The position numbers were made by a program, and so were the translations under genes. Under the pieces are notes generated by a model, which saw nothing but the letters and a program-made list of their open reading frames with translations, had not been told where the DNA came from and did not search any database. Below, piece by piece: positions 49,835 through 64,000 of a stretch of 64,000 nt of DNA. Within the stretch, counting starts at the first letter, position 1. Each line of letters opens with the position of its first letter. The stretch is from Eledone cirrhosa (Eukaryota), in assembly GCA_964016885.1 (NCBI GenBank), contig OZ024741.1, positions 51,770,001 to 51,834,000 on the forward strand. The letters run 5' to 3'.

Positions 49835-52800
49835 CAGGGCCGGATTAAAACCCTTAGAGGCCCTAAGCACTAAAAAATGTTGGTGCCCCCATACATTTGT
49901 AGATCAAAACATAAACAATAATATATGGTAAATTAAAGTTTTATTTATTGAAATTTCAAAATAAAGCAAAACATACCGAAAGAGAGAAAATAATTTTATT
50001 TATGAATAATTTTTTCCTGCTTTTTTTTCTTGCAAAGTCTTTGATCAGATCCTCGTAACCAATCTTGCGTAACACATCTGCTTCTTATTTTTACATTTTC
50101 TGTTCTACTCATCTTATTTCGCACATATAAATGAAACTGCTGAAGCTCAGCTGAGAAATTACTATTGAAGTCCTCTGGATAAGCATCGATCAACTTTTGA
50201 CAGTACTGAGAATACCTTTCAATATTAGTAGCTGATGGAGTGCCTATATTTGGCACATCACTAAGAAAAGAAAATTTCTCTGTCGTTTCTTTGTATATCT
50301 CTCCTCTTCTATCTCAGCTGCAAGTTTGTCAACAATTGTGTAAAATGCGGTGATACGAAACTTATCTCTGGCATCTAAATAAACTTCTGCTGTATATCCG
50401 TCATTGGGTACTTTTTTCCTAACGTTGCGAGTTGCAGTTGTCCTGTAATCAACATCTGGCCTCTTTTTCATATCTTTCAAATTCATCTCGTGAGGTGTTC
50501 AGTTGGTCAGGTAATGATACATAGAGATCTGCACATGTCTTTAAGTTCGCATCCTCATTTTGTAGAACTTTGCTTACTCTGTGAAAATTCTGCAAAATCT
50601 CATTCCAAAAAATCAACATAAAAACGAATTCTAGCTTTTGCATCTTATCAACAATAATATTTGCCTCTCTTCTAGCGTCTCGCTTTTGTGATTGATCTTT
50701 GGCTATATATTCTAGTGCCTCGGAAATCTCAGGGAACGATTTCAAGATTGCTGCTGTTGCCATAGCATGTGCTTCCCATCTTGTATCAGAGAGGGATTTC
50801 AAGACGCATTCATTCTTAATATAATCTTTGAGAATTTTCCAACGGTTAGTGGAAGCGGAAAAAAATTATAGAGTAACTGTACTGTAGAGAAAAAATTAAC
50901 AGCTTCTTGACAGCAGTCAACAGCACTCCGGCCAACAAGATTTAATGAATGAGTTGCACAGGGCACATATATAGCAAACTTGTTTGTTTCTAAATTTTTT
51001 TGCTGCATCCCCTTATAACGCCCAGACATGTTAGCAGCATTGTCATAAGTCTGACCCCTACATTTTGAAACATTTAACCCACAAGCTTCACGTAAATGCA
51101 GCAGCACCTGGTTCGCCATATTCTCGCCAGTGTGGTTTTCTATTATGATGAAGGTTAAAAATCGTTCAATAGGCTGTCCATCTTGTAAATACCTAAGTAC
51201 AACACTCAATTGATCGCTATGTGATAAATCTGGTGTTGAATCAACGGACAAACTAAAATGACCAGAAGATTTAACTTCGTTAATAATGAACTCACGGACC
51301 TTTTGTGCCATTAGTTGAATAATTTCCTCGATAGTGGTTTTTGACATGTAAGAAGGATTTCCTTTTCTAGAATTTCCATATTTAGAAATGTGGCCTGCTA
51401 AAAATGGATCACACTGGCTTATGAGTTCAAGCAGCCCTAAAAAATTCCCATTTTGCAACGATCCAAACTTCTCTTCACTTCCTCGAAAAGGTAAGCCACG
51501 TTCAGCTAACGTACAAATAACAGTTACGACACGCCTCAAAACGTGTTCCCAGTAATTGCACTCTACATGAATTTGTTTCTCCAAATCTGACTTTAATCCC
51601 GCACCTTGCCTGCGAGTTAAATATGCCAGCAAAGAGTCTCGGTGAATAATGCTTTTCTCATGCTTTCAATTACAATAGTAGTGCGCCAATCACTGAACCC
51701 TTCTCTTGAAACGAAAATTGAATTTTTTTCACTAGCAAACAGTTTACAAACAAAACAATAAACTGATCCTCTTGATGGTGAATAGAGTAACCACTCTCTT
51801 GTATTTTTCACTATTGGCTTTTCTCCCAATAAAAAGTTTCTGTGAGCAATACGTTACTGGTTTGCCACTACTAAAATGACGGCAAGACTTTTCAAATGAC
51901 CCGTTGTGGTGTTGACAAATACTGGGTTCACAAATAATCCAATAAGCTATATCATTAGCAGAGAAATCAAGCCACATTCCTGGATCGTTCGCTAAATTGT
52001 AATTTTCTTCATTTTTTTTACAGGCAAATTAATTTCACCGCCATTGTCACAGTGCTCTAAACTTCTATTTTCAGCAATTATTTGAGCCCTATCATCATTT
52101 GCAGTAGAGGTATCCGAATCAAGAGAATTCACAGGCAAAGTAAGATCAGTTGTGAGACATGTGCTGGATGAACATGCTTGCGACATCTTGGATCTTCTAA
52201 TGTCATCATATTTTGATTCTGAAGTATTCAAAGTTGTATTTGCCGTATTCATGTCTACTTCTGATAACGTATATCGGTTTTGACCTGGAATCTGTAAATC
52301 ATGTTGTGGAACTGGTGAGAAAAAATTAGTCAGCTTTGCTGTCTTGCGATCTAATTCCGAAGCTTTTTCTTGTTTCTTGTTTGAAAGTTTTCGTTTTTGT
52401 GCCCCACTTAACTGAATGCGTTTCATCTTGTTTTGGAGATCTGTTAATTAGATTTGAATGGTTAGATATTTTTGGGATCTGTTAATTAGATCTGATGGTT
52501 AGATTTGAAAAAGGATGGTGTGAACCCAAATAAACAATCAGCAAATACAGTTATAAAATTAAAGCTTGAGTTTGTTCAGATAAAAAAAAAAAATATTTTG
52601 TAGAAATAAAAAAGTTATATTAAAAGAAATAAAAAGCAGATAATCTAGAACACAAATGACAATTATTTTTGATATAGTGTCTACAATATTAAAAGATTCA
52701 AGTTAAAAAAAATTTGTAAAAAAACTGAAAAACCCTAATGAACAGAATTGTTAATAAAAAGAAGCAGAAAATAAACCTTGGTTAGTTGGGATTGGGAGTA

Positions 52801-53130
52801 TCAAAAAACTTTCAGCTGGTGGCTATATTCATAAATCTTAAAAACATTTTAACATGTAGCCATTTTAAAATTGAACCAGAATACATTGGAATTTCAGAAA
52901 AATTTCTAAAGATAAACGTCTGAAAAACTGAGATTTAACAAATAAACTGAAATGAACAACTATGTTTATACCGAATTTATTCATTTCTTATTTCATTTTG
53001 AAAATTGCTATAAAATTAATTAATTTAATAATTTAAACTGTAAATTCATCATATAAAAAAAATTTGAGGTGCCCCTTCTTCCTTTGAGGCCCTAAGCACG
53101 TGCTTACTTTGGTTATATTGTTAATCCACC
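49835..53130 (-). mobile_element. hAT transposon (Tip100/ZMYM1-like), frameshifted; nested in another hAT-like end at 49775
   Basis: TIR CAGGGCCGGATTAA with degenerate partner TTAATCC; subterminal GAGGCCCTAAGCAC at both ends. Motifs REWLLYS...YCFVC, GNFLGLLELI, DSTPDLSHSDQ, RGQTYDNAANMSG, CATHSLNLV, SDTRW; dimerisation domain deleted. Confidence 0.9.
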
Positions 53131-54245
53131 ACCTCCAAGGAAATATCAATTTCAAAATTTATAAATAAATTTTAAAATATTTTCTTCAATATTTGAGCAT
53201 AGACCAAGGGTAATTTAAAAAGAAAATTACCTCTCTGCGTTCATATTTAAGACAAGAATAAACAAACATAAAGATAGACATTAGCGATGAACTAACAGCA
53301 TAATGGACAGTTGAACGCTCAATACTAATATACCTGAAACCAAATTTGGCTGAGGGATTAATGCAGACAGAAAGACAATTCAAAATTTCACTTTGTGTGC
53401 CTTTTTCTCGGCAATTTTTTTAACCAATTCAGCTAAACCAAGTGATGAAAATTGGGCATGTACAATTGATATAGTTGCCAAGTCAACTAGACTCTCTTGC
53501 AACATTGTAAGAGTGAATGTAAAATTTTATAAGCTTCAGCTTTGAGAAACTACTCTCACTATTTTCCATCGATACTAGAAGTGTGAAAAGGATGGTCAAT
53601 GCAATAGCATCATTTGGGAAATTATTCAAAAGTTTTTGTTGGAAAAACTCGTAGCCTATAAAAACACGCGAGAGTAATTGCGCCCTGAAAGTTTTGTATA
53701 CGCGCGATTTTCACTCAGTCATTTAGCTCGTTCTGGTCAGACTGAATCTACCCGATTATTTGTCCCCATATGAAATAAACCATGATAATATATATATATA
53801 TATATACAAGGAAAAAATACGTATAGACGCATTCACATATTTAGAGGTAATATCACGTGAGCACAATCACGTGACAAATCACATTATTCAGCGCTATATT
53901 TCTCCTAGAACATCGTAAGTCTCAACAAACGCAAGAAAAAAGAAGAAACAGTAAAAGACAAAGATAAGAAAATGGTAAATAATATCAAATAATTATTAAA
54001 AAGTGTTAACATTAAAAACGTTCAGTCTGAGGGATGAGTTATGTATAATATGTTGCAGGAGTCACATTACGCAGATAATTAATATGCTCCGATTATTCCA
54101 GACATCCGTCTGGAAGAAGCAATTGTCAGCAATTAAATGTATTAAACTAAGATTTAGTTGTTTTATATTTTGTATCTCGGCTCTGCAATACATTTGAAAA
54201 TTTACATTGAGCCTTTTCTCCTACCGGTAACTGGCTTTTTATTTA

Positions 54246-54545
54246 ATTTATTTTATTATACGTATTTCGAAGACATATGTCATTTGTATAGCATCTGCCC
54301 TACGTCTTCTATTCAGACAAAAATCCATACAAGATGTAAATATCTGTTGATATGAGGGTTTTTGTCTGAAGAGAACACGTAGGGTAGATGTTATACAAAT
54401 GACATATGCCTTTAAAATACGCATAATAAAATAAATAGGAATGGGAAAGTGATACCGTCTTTCTTGTTTATTATTATAATAAAACTCCGGATAAACATAA
54501 ACAGTTGAGTGCTTGTCATCTCTTATGAAAAAGTCGGCAGATTTT
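54246..54545. mobile_element. Diverged fold-back element family E with two mutated hammerheads
   Basis: Arms at 54246-54325 and 54357-54436. Consensus TTTTGT-CTGAAGA-GAAGACGTA...TATGTCTTC-GAAA-TACGTA-TA-ATAAAA. Confidence 0.72.
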
Positions 54546-54837
54546 CAATCAACCAACATTCCTTAATTGAATAAATATATGTATGTATATATACTTATAT
54601 TTTCTTTAATATTGAAACATTAAAGGAATATATCCTTCTGAAAGAATCGCGAGCAATTTATAATGTTATTTATGTATATATTTAAAAAATATTTGCTATC
54701 TTATTCCACAGTAAATTTATTTATATGCTTTGTATATATTATATGTATATACACAAATAATGAATCTGGATATTAAAACATCGTTTGTATTATTCAATCA
54801 GTTTATTGAACAACTAGAATGCTCATCGTCAAGTACT

Positions 54838-54894
<57 letters not shown>

Positions 54895-54985
54895 ATAGAT
54901 TGGAAGCACTTAACGGCAAAGGTTTTCCAGAGTTATTAATATTAATTCAAAATATTAACAAAATAGATATTTTTGTGATCAAGTA

Positions 54986-55052
54986 TATTTTATTATAAAT
55001 ATTTCCGAGGTACTGAGTTAAGTTCAACAGTACATCCTCATCAGATAAAATA
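54986..55052 (-). ncRNA. Type I hammerhead motif (family F)
   Basis: Minus strand TATTTTAT-CTGATGA-GGATGTACTG...CAGTACCTCG-GAAA-TATTTA-TA-ATAAAATA. Confidence 0.72.
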
Positions 55053-55597
55053 AGATGATGCATGACATAGCCTGACATAGTAGATGGTCAAGATTCAGTC
55101 ATGGTAGTGATTAACATATGACAAAACTCAATATTTATACCCTAATATTGAGAACATGAGAAAAACATATAATACAAACAATAGAGAGGGTACGTGTAAT
55201 ACAGCTTAAAAAATCTTTTAAATTTGTTTTCATAAAATTTGAATTTTAGAAATTAAACTTGATAGTATAATTATAATATTGATACAAATACCTATTAACT
55301 TTTAAAACCTAAAATATTACTCATTACTCTGAAATAACTTAAATTAAATATTTTGAATATTAACAGCCAACTAAATTAATTTGGATATATGTTGCATATA
55401 TGGAAAATTGTCTATAAACTTGAACATAAATTACTCCCCTTTATCTCTCTCTCTCTCTTTAATCATCTTTCATTTGTTTTTCGAGCCACCTACTAAATAT
55501 ATTATCACATCAGCTGTTTCTTCCTCTATGCTTTCCTTTCCCTCCTCTTTCTTCAATAGTTTAAAAAAAAATATTTTTAACTGTTATTTTGATGCCA

Positions 55598-56499
55598 TGT
55601 AGCTAGAGTCAGAACGGGATGGAAAAAGTTCAGAGAGCTTATACCACTATTGGCCGCTAAAGGTTTCTCTCTAAAAATGAAAGGCAGGCTGTATGATGCC
55701 TGCATACGAACAGCAATGTTACATGGCAGTGAGACTTGGGCATTGTGTGCAGAGGATCTACGCAGACTGGAGAGGAACGAAGCTTGCATGCTCCGCTGGA
55801 TGTGTAATAGTAATATACGTGAATGGCAAAGCATAAATGAATTAAGTGAGAAATTAGGATAAGAGGGATCAGAGGCTGTTTACTCGAGAGAAGGCTACGT
55901 TGGTATGGTCACGTGATATGGTCGCATGAAAGACGACAGCTGTATAAAAAAGTGCAGGGCGATCAAAATAGACGGTAGCCACGGAGTAGGCAGACCCAGA
56001 AAAACCTGGGACGACTTGATAAATTCCGACCTCACACACTTACACCTCTCCAAGACAATGTCACTGGACCGAGATCTTTGGCGCTACGCAGTAATACAGA
56101 AGACCCGCCTTGCCTAAGTGCAAAGCGAAACCTACAGTCAGTAGGCACCTCTAACAAAAATACACCCCCGTCCCACTACCCCCACGCCACCCACACCACC
56201 CCTTTCGATGTAAGGTTATGTTGGTACCACAACATCCAGTCCTAAATAAATGAGGTCGTGTAGGTAACATGACAAAAAAACACACAGACCACGTTGTAAT
56301 GTGGCCGTGTAGGTAACACGGTAAAAACCTCCCAGTCCACACTGTAAACGTGGTTGGTGTTAGGAAGGGCATCCAGCCGTAGAAAACCCGCCAGACAGTC
56401 CTATGCGAGCAAGACAACCAATCGAGCCTCAAGTGGGAAAATTCCCGTCCAAACCCATGCTAGCGTGGAAGATGGACGTTAAACGATGATGATGATGAT
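55598..56499 (+). mobile_element. RTE LINE subfamily A 3' fragment
   Basis: KGRLYDACIRTAMLHGSETW...GRPRKTW, 3' UTR and (GAT)n tail. Confidence 0.92.
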
Positions 56500-56506
56500 A
56501 TATATG

Positions 56507-56555
<49 letters not shown>

Positions 56556-56574
56556 ATATATATAAATATGTATG

Positions 56575-56645
<71 letters not shown>

Positions 56646-56742
56646 GTGTATATATATATGTATGTGTATATATATGTATATGTATATATATATGTATATA
56701 AATATGTATGTGTATATATATGTATGTGTACATATGTATGTA

Positions 56743-57082
56743 TCATCATCATCATCATCATTTTACGTCCGTTTTTCCCTGCTTGCAAGGGTGGGACGGG
56801 AACTGATTCTGGCTTGATTTCTACAGCTGGATGCCCTTCCTAACACCAACCTCATTTACAGTGAGTGCTGGGGGCTTTTTTGCCGTGGCACCTCTACGAC
56901 CACTTTGCAGTGGAATGATAGGGACCCCAGTCCTATCATCTCATTTCTACAGCTGAGTAAACTGGAGCAATGTGAAATAAAGTGTCTTGCTCAAGGAAAC
57001 AACACATCACCGGGTCTGAGAGTTGAACTCACAACCTTTTAATTGCAAGGCCAATGCTCTAACCACTAAGACATGTGCCTCC
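56743..57082 (-). mobile_element. Full-length SINE (same family as 44330)
   Basis: Reverse-complement match across the head, core and LINE-derived tail. Confidence 0.88.
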
Positions 57083-57193
57083 ATATGTATATATATATCT
57101 ATGTATATATGTATGTGTACATATATATATATATGTATATATATGTATGTATATATGTATGGATATGGATATATATGTATGTATATATATGTA

Positions 57194-57224
<31 letters not shown>

Positions 57225-57354
57225 ATATGTATATATATGTATGTATATAGATTTCTACAGCTGGATGCCCTTCCTAACACCAACCTCATTTACAGTGAGT
57301 GCTGGGTGCTTTTTTGCATATATATATATATGTATGTATGTATATATATGTATG

Positions 57355-57385
<31 letters not shown>

Positions 57386-58336
57386 GTGTGTATATATGTG
57401 TGTATATATGGTGCTGGTAACATGTATCCCAGTACAACCTGTCTCATGGTCGGGTCATTGGCAACTAAACTGGCAACCCCACCATGGTTTCTTGGTGAGG
57501 AGGGTGACTTTGGACATCCTGCAGGACTAAAAACAAAACCTGTCAAAGGGCAAAGGAGCTCTTAAGAGTCAATGGCCATCCAAAATCACCGGGAGAGATG
57601 ACCCCTTAGCCTTTGTCAAGGCAGAATTCTAGGAGAAGGAAAACTCTGATATAACACCTGCAACCCTGATGGTATCCAATGATGTTGACTTGTTCTTCTT
57701 TTTGGTAAATATCATCTTGGTTAAGAGAGTGGGACTGGCTTTGTGCAGTGCCTTTGCTCACTATAAAAGCTTCACGGCACAGGCATTGCTTTATATCTGG
57801 AGATCTCTCTGCACTTGTCGTCACATGGTACCATGGGCCCAGCAATATGTGTCAATAATTGTCACAAGTGCAGTGTTTGTACCAGAGTTTTCAAGTCGCT
57901 GGCGGGACTAAAAAGTCACACTCGTTCAGCGCATCAGTAGGGGTTCTCCTACATGGATATGAAGTAGTGGCCGTACTCGAAAACGAGTTGGCAGCCACCA
58001 TATATATGTGTATATATATATATAAATGTGTGTGTATCATCATCATCATCATCATCATCATCATTTCACGTCCGCTTTTTCCTGCTTGCAAGGGTGAGAC
58101 GGGTCGTATTCAGCACAGCATCTCTCCACTTGTCACGGTCCTTCGTCATCTCCACCGTGAGCTTCAGCGATCTGAGGTCTGTTCTCACCACCTCCACCAC
58201 GTCTTCCTTCAACAAGCATTTCCTGGCACTTCTTCACTCATCGGTCATCCTCCATGCGCATCACATGTCCATACCACCTCAGTCTCCTCTCTCGCACACT
58301 ACATTCTATCCTTCTCAGACACATATATGCATATAT

Positions 58337-58562
58337 TACAGTGAGTGCTGGGTGCTATTTTGCCGTGGCACCTCCACGACCACTTTGCAGTGGAATGATA
58401 GGGACCCCAGTCCTATCATCTCATTTCTACAGCTGAGTAAACTGGAGCAATGTGAAATAAAGTGTCTTGCTCAAGGAAACAACACATCACTGGGTCTGAG
58501 AATTGAACTCACAACCTTTTGATTGCAAGACCAATGCTCTAACCACTAAGCCATGTGCCTCC
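58337..58562 (-). mobile_element. SINE (same family), head, core and part of the tail
   Basis: Near-identical to 56856-57082; its extreme 3' end appears at about 58038-58103. Confidence 0.82.
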
Positions 58563-58610
58563 ATATGTATATATATATCTATGTATATATGTATATATAT
58601 ATGCATGTGT

Positions 58611-60184
58611 ATCATCATCATCATCATCATCATCACCGTTTTACGTCCGTTCTTCCACGCTAGCATGGGTTAGACGGGTTGTCCTGTTGTGGGCAGTGTC
58701 TGGTCGGCTGACCATGCCTTGCTCATACAGGAACTGATCTGGCTTGATTTCTACAGCTGGATGCCCTTCCTAACACCAACCTCATTTACAGTGAGTGCTG
58801 GGTGCTTTTTCGTGGCGCCTACACGTCCACTTTACAGTGTGGGCTGGGTGCTTTTTTGCCGTGGCACCTCCACGACCACCTTGCGGTGGGGGGGGGGGGG
58901 GCATATTGTTTATATGCTTCAGCATGTACCCATGGGAGGTCGGGTACCCTGTATTACTGCGTGACGCCAGAAGTCACGGTCGTGTGTCATTGACTTTGAG
59001 AGGTGTAGTTGGGTAAGGTCGGCTTTTATCACCTCATCCCAAGTCATCTTGGGTCTCCCCACTCCGCGGTTTCCATCAACTTCTAGTGCTCTGCACCTTT
59101 TTATGCAGCTGTCATCCTTCATACGCATCACATGTCCATACCAGCGTAACCACCTCTCCTGCACGCAGCATTTGATTCCTCTTATGCTCAGTCTCTCTCT
59201 CAATTCCTTTATGCTTTGTCGTTCACGTATATTACTGTTACACATCCATCGGAGCATGCAGGCTTCGTTTCTCTCTAATCTACGTAAGTCTTCCACCTTC
59301 AGCGCCCAGGTCTCACTACCATGCAACATCGCTGTTCGGATACACGCATCATACAGTCTGCCTTTCATTCTGAGGGAGAAGCCTTTTGCAGCTAGCAGTG
59401 GTAGTAGTTCCCTAAACTTCTTCCATCCCGTTCTTACCCTAGTTATTGTACTTTCTGAGCACCCACCTCCGTTGCTAATTCGGTCACCTAGGTAGCAGAA
59501 GCTGTCTACTGTTTCTACAGGGCCCTCCCAGAGATTGGTGGTACTTGTTTCCTGTGGCTGTTTGCTTGCTGTTTCAGCACAGCTGCTGCATGTGAATCCT
59601 ACATTCTTAATTAAGCTTCCTGAGATCCCGCTACATCTCTTGTGTACCCATTGTTTGCATTTGGGGCAGAGAATGGAGTTCCTACCTACACCTTTCCTAC
59701 ATACTGAGCAAGGCCATTTCCCTGAGGGGATCTGGGTTCTGTTTTCTCGTCTACTTATAAGGACCTTAGTCTTTGTCATGTTGACTTTGAGGCCCTTTCT
59801 CTCTAGTCCCTGCTTCCAGGTTTGGAATTTATTCTCTAGTTCTACCATAGATTCAGCTATGAGTGCGAGGTCATCAGCATACAGGAGTTCCCATGGGCAT
59901 CCGGTCTTAAACTCCTCCGTTATTGCCTGCAGGACTATAATGAACAGGAGAGGGCTAAGAACAGAGCCCTGGTGGACCCCAACCTGTACGCTAAATTCCT
60001 CGCTATACTCATTGCCAATCCTAACTTTGCTGACTGCTCCCCTATACATGGCTTGTACCGCTTTCACAAGCCATTCATCTACTCCTAGTTTTCTAAGAGC
60101 CCACCAGATTACTGCACGTGGAACTCTGTCAAAGGCTTTCTCGAGATCGACGAATGCCAGGTGGAGTGGCTTACTTTTAGCTAG
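58611..60184 (-). mobile_element. RTE LINE subfamily B, 5'-truncated, uninterrupted frame
   Basis: ORF 58919..60211 from LAKSKPL onward; close to 32115-33690. Confidence 0.93.
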
Positions 60185-60279
60185 TGTATATATATGCATA
60201 TATATATGCATGTGTATATATATATTTATGTGTATATATGTATATATATGTGTATATGTATGTATATATATTTATATAT

Positions 60280-60322
<43 letters not shown>

Positions 60323-60332
60323 ATATATGTAT

Positions 60333-62390
60333 ATCACCATCATCATCGTTTAATGTACATCTTCCACGCTAGCATGGGTTAGACGGTTTTGTTCTATTTG
60401 ATGCGGGTTGGTCGGGAGGCTGTGTCTTGCTCATACAGAAGTGTCCCTGGCAGGTTTTCTATGGCTGGATGCCCTTCCTAACACCAACCACTTTTACTGT
60501 GTGGACTGGGAGCCTATTTACCGTGTCTCCTACACGACCACATTACAGTGTGGACTGAGTGCTTTTTGTTGTGTCATTGACACAGTGGACAGAAATGGGA
60601 GGATGGGGTAGGGTGTGTGGGGTGTGGTGTATATTGGATTAAGAGGTGCCTACTGACTGTAGGTTTGTATGCAGGGGAAGGTGGGTCTTCTGTACAACTT
60701 CATGGTGCCAAAGATCTCAATCTAGTGACATCGTCTTAGAGAGGTGTAAATGAACAAGGTCAGTTTTTATCACCTTGTCCCAGGTTTTTCTTGGTCTACC
60801 CACCACTCCGTAGCTTCCATCAATTTTCATTGCTCCGCACTTTTTTTTTTATACAGCTGTCGTCCTTCATATGCATCACATATCGATACCAACACAATCT
60901 CCTCTCCGAAACACAACATTTGATACCTCTTATGCTTAGTCTTTCTCTCAATTCATTTATGCTTCGCTGTTCGCGCACATTACTATTACACATCCATCGG
61001 AGCATGCAAGCTTCATTTCTTTCTAATCTACACAAGTCTTCAGCACACAACACCTAGGTCTCACTACTATGTAATATCGCCATTTGTATACAAGTATCAT
61101 ACAATCTGCCTTTCACTTTTAGAGAAAAAACCCTTGTGGCCAACAACAGTATTAGCTCTCTGAACTTTTTCCATCCCGTTCTAACTCTGACTACTGTACT
61201 TTCAGAACACCTTCCACCACTACTGATTTTGTCACCCAGGTGATGGAAAGTGTCTACTATTTCTACAGAACCATCTGGACAGTTGAAGGAGACAGCATCC
61301 AGTGGGTCCTTGCTACTTAATGCACCTGAGCATCGGCCACCTATAAAATCTACATTCTTAGATAGCTTACCTGTGATCCCACTACATCTTTAATGTACCC
61401 ATGCATTTGGGGCATAGAATGGAATTTCTCCCTACTCCTTTCTTACACACTGAGCATGCTCATTTCCCAGAGGGCACCTGTGCCCTATTCTCCTTTCTAC
61501 ATACTAGAACATTTGTCTTAGACAAGTTAACTTTAAGGTCTTTTGATTCTAGGCCATGCATCCATGTTTGGAACTTCTTCTCTAGTTCAGTCATGGATTC
61601 AGCTATGAGAGTTAGATCATCTGCATATAGAAATTCCCATGGGCAGCCAGTCTTAAACCCTTCTGTTATAGCCTGTAGGATGATAATAAACAGGAGGGGG
61701 CTAAGGGCGGAGCCCTGGTGAACCCCTACTATTATGCTAAATTCTTCACTATATTCATTGTTAATTCTAACCTTGCTGACTGTTCCTCTATACATGGCTT
61801 GTATAGTTCTCACAATCTATTCATATACTCATAGTTTTCTAAGAGCCTACCAGATTAAGGTGCATGGGATTCTGTCAAAGGCTTTCTCCAAGTCAACAAA
61901 AGCTAAGTAGAGTGGTTTACTTTTAGCTAGGTACTTTTTTGTAGTTACCGTACAAGGAAAAGAACATCCATAGTGCTTTTACCTGGCACAAACCCAAACT
62001 ACATTTCATCTAGATCAATTCAGTCTCTAATCAGTTGAGTAAGAACTCTTTCTGTGACTTTCATGACCTGGTCAACTAACTTAATCACCTTATAGTTTCC
62101 TCTATCCAGGGCATCTCCTTTGCCCTTGTAACGTTTGACGATGATGATGCTACACTAGTCATTTGGTATGACCCCATTCTGTATTACTTGGTTTACTATC
62201 TGGGAGTTCTCTACTACCCCCATCCTGCCATTCTTTCCAAGTCTCTGTTTTGCCCTTGATGGACTTCTCCACCTTACTGTTCCACCACCCTGTCACTCTC
62301 CTCATACCTAACTGTCTGCTCCAGCCAGATTTCATCAGTTGCCTTCATCAGGTTAACTTTCAGGAATTCCCACTGTTCCTCTATATTGTA
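60333..62390 (-). mobile_element. Older RTE LINE copy, decayed
   Basis: GVHQGSALSPLLF and YADDL with many stops and an internal deletion near 62205. Confidence 0.88.
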
Positions 62391-62456
62391 TATATATATA
62401 TATATATATATAAACCCATGGTAGCGTGGAAGATGGACGTTAAACGATGATGATGA

Positions 62457-62491
<35 letters not shown>

Positions 62492-62502
62492 TAAAAGAAT
62501 CA

Positions 62503-62563
62503 GGAACCTGATGTCTGAACTGATCTAGCTGTCGAAACAGCAGGAGCTCAGCTGTCGGGTTCC
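62503..62563 (+). ncRNA. Degenerate hammerhead motif (family I)
   Basis: GGAAC-CTGATGT...CTAGCTGTC-GAAA-CAGC...GCT-GTC-GGGTTCC; the core and the 5' side of stem II are damaged. Confidence 0.55.
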
Positions 62564-62656
62564 GGACTCTTTTCCCTATTACCCACTCTACTACCCTAAG
62601 TATCGAGTACTCTGGTGCCTTATGGTCCACCTGGTATCTTACCACACCATCTTTGT

Positions 62657-62731
<75 letters not shown>

Positions 62732-63641
62732 GTGTGTGTGTGTCTGTATATGTATATATGTGTGTGTATATATATGTGTGTGTGTATATGTATATATATA
62801 TGTGTGTATATGTATATATGTGTGTATATATATATATGTGTGTGTGTGTGTATATATATATGGATATATATGTGTATGTATATATATTTGTATATATATA
62901 TATATACGTGTATATATGTGTGTGTGTATTTATATATGTGTGTGTGTATATATATATATGTGTGTGTATATATGTGTGTATGTATATATATATATATATA
63001 TATACATGTATATATATGTGTGTGTGTATTTATATGTGTATATATATGTGTATATATATGTGTGTGTGTATATATATATATGTATGGGTTCAACTAGAAA
63101 AGCTCAAACTTTATTCTCTCCAACACCTCCATGAACGCTACATTATCTGCATGATGTGGAAAATTTCCTCACATAAAAAATCTTCAAGCATAGGCATCAC
63201 TTGATATGTGACACTTTTTGTGAAACATGTTATTGCTGGCCACAGGGAAGTCCCTAGCAGGACTAAATAGCTACATCCGTGATGCCCATGGTTAAGTATC
63301 AATCAATGGCATCGCTTAAAATCTAGTTGCAGCCATCACCATCATGTGTGTGTGTGTATATGCATAAATGCCTATATATATATATATAAAACATTAATTG
63401 AAAAGGTTCCAGGCGATAAGTGTATATGAATATTTGTAAAGTTGGAGTATTCTCATAGCGAGGGGTAGCCGTAAACAGCGGGAACCTACAAAAAATTCTT
63501 TATAACATATTAATTCATAACAACCTATATGTATTGAGCACACTAACCTTCTCTATACTGACTAGTAATCTGTATAACTAATCACCTTTCTCTCCTCTTG
63601 ATTAGCTTACTTGCTTTTTACCTTGTATATATATATATATA

Positions 63642-63917
63642 TATCATCATCATCATCATCATCATCATCATCTTCGTTTAACGTCTATTTTCCACGCTAG
63701 CATGGGTTAGACGGGAGTTGTCCCACTTGAGGCAAGGCTGGTCGGGTGACCGTGTCTTGCTCATATAGGACTATCTGGCAGGTTTCCTACGGCTGGATGC
63801 CCTTCCTAACACCAACCACATTTACAGTGTGGAACTGGGAACTTTTTACCATGTTACCTACACGACCACATTACAGCGTGGACTGTGTGTGTTTTTTTGT
63901 CGTGACACCTACACGAT
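63642..63917 (-). mobile_element. RTE LINE 3' UTR fragment
   Basis: (CAT)n then CGTTTAACGTC...GGCTGGATGCCCTTCCTAACACC. Confidence 0.85.
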
Positions 63918-64000
63918 CTCGATCTTATTTTCTCATGCTATATATATATTCATTTAGGTTTGTAGGCTCAACACTCGATAGAACTGGTCATTCTGTATGG

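Noticed and set aside
63404-63488. AGGTTCC...GGAACCT inverted pair resembling stem I
   Set aside because: No recognisable CUGANGA or GAAA core.

Overview
This is repeat-dominated animal DNA with no intact host gene. It is most likely octopus or another cephalopod, inferred from the (TA)n/(CAT)n richness, CORE-type tRNA SINEs and RTE, Penelope-like and Dong/R4 retroelements. Bases 1-11045 are a 58-bp G/T-rich satellite. The rest is nested transposons: about eight RTE-clade LINE copies with a PHD-like finger, a CR1, R4/Dong relics, two Penelope-like elements (PLEs) with inversions, a Helitron, hAT elements, MITEs and SINEs. Two features stand out. First, there are about 15 recognisable type I hammerhead ribozyme motifs from at least 8 sequence families, many in small asymmetric fold-back elements inside (TA)n tracts; some have a very long stem II, and several share a downstream GAGTGCTT-like motif. 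Second, an LTR-retrotransposon chimera has captured an intronless golgin-84 (GOLGA5-like) coding segment, fused in frame to a Gypsy-like pol tail. All calls come from reading the sequence by eye; no alignment, folding or database search was run.
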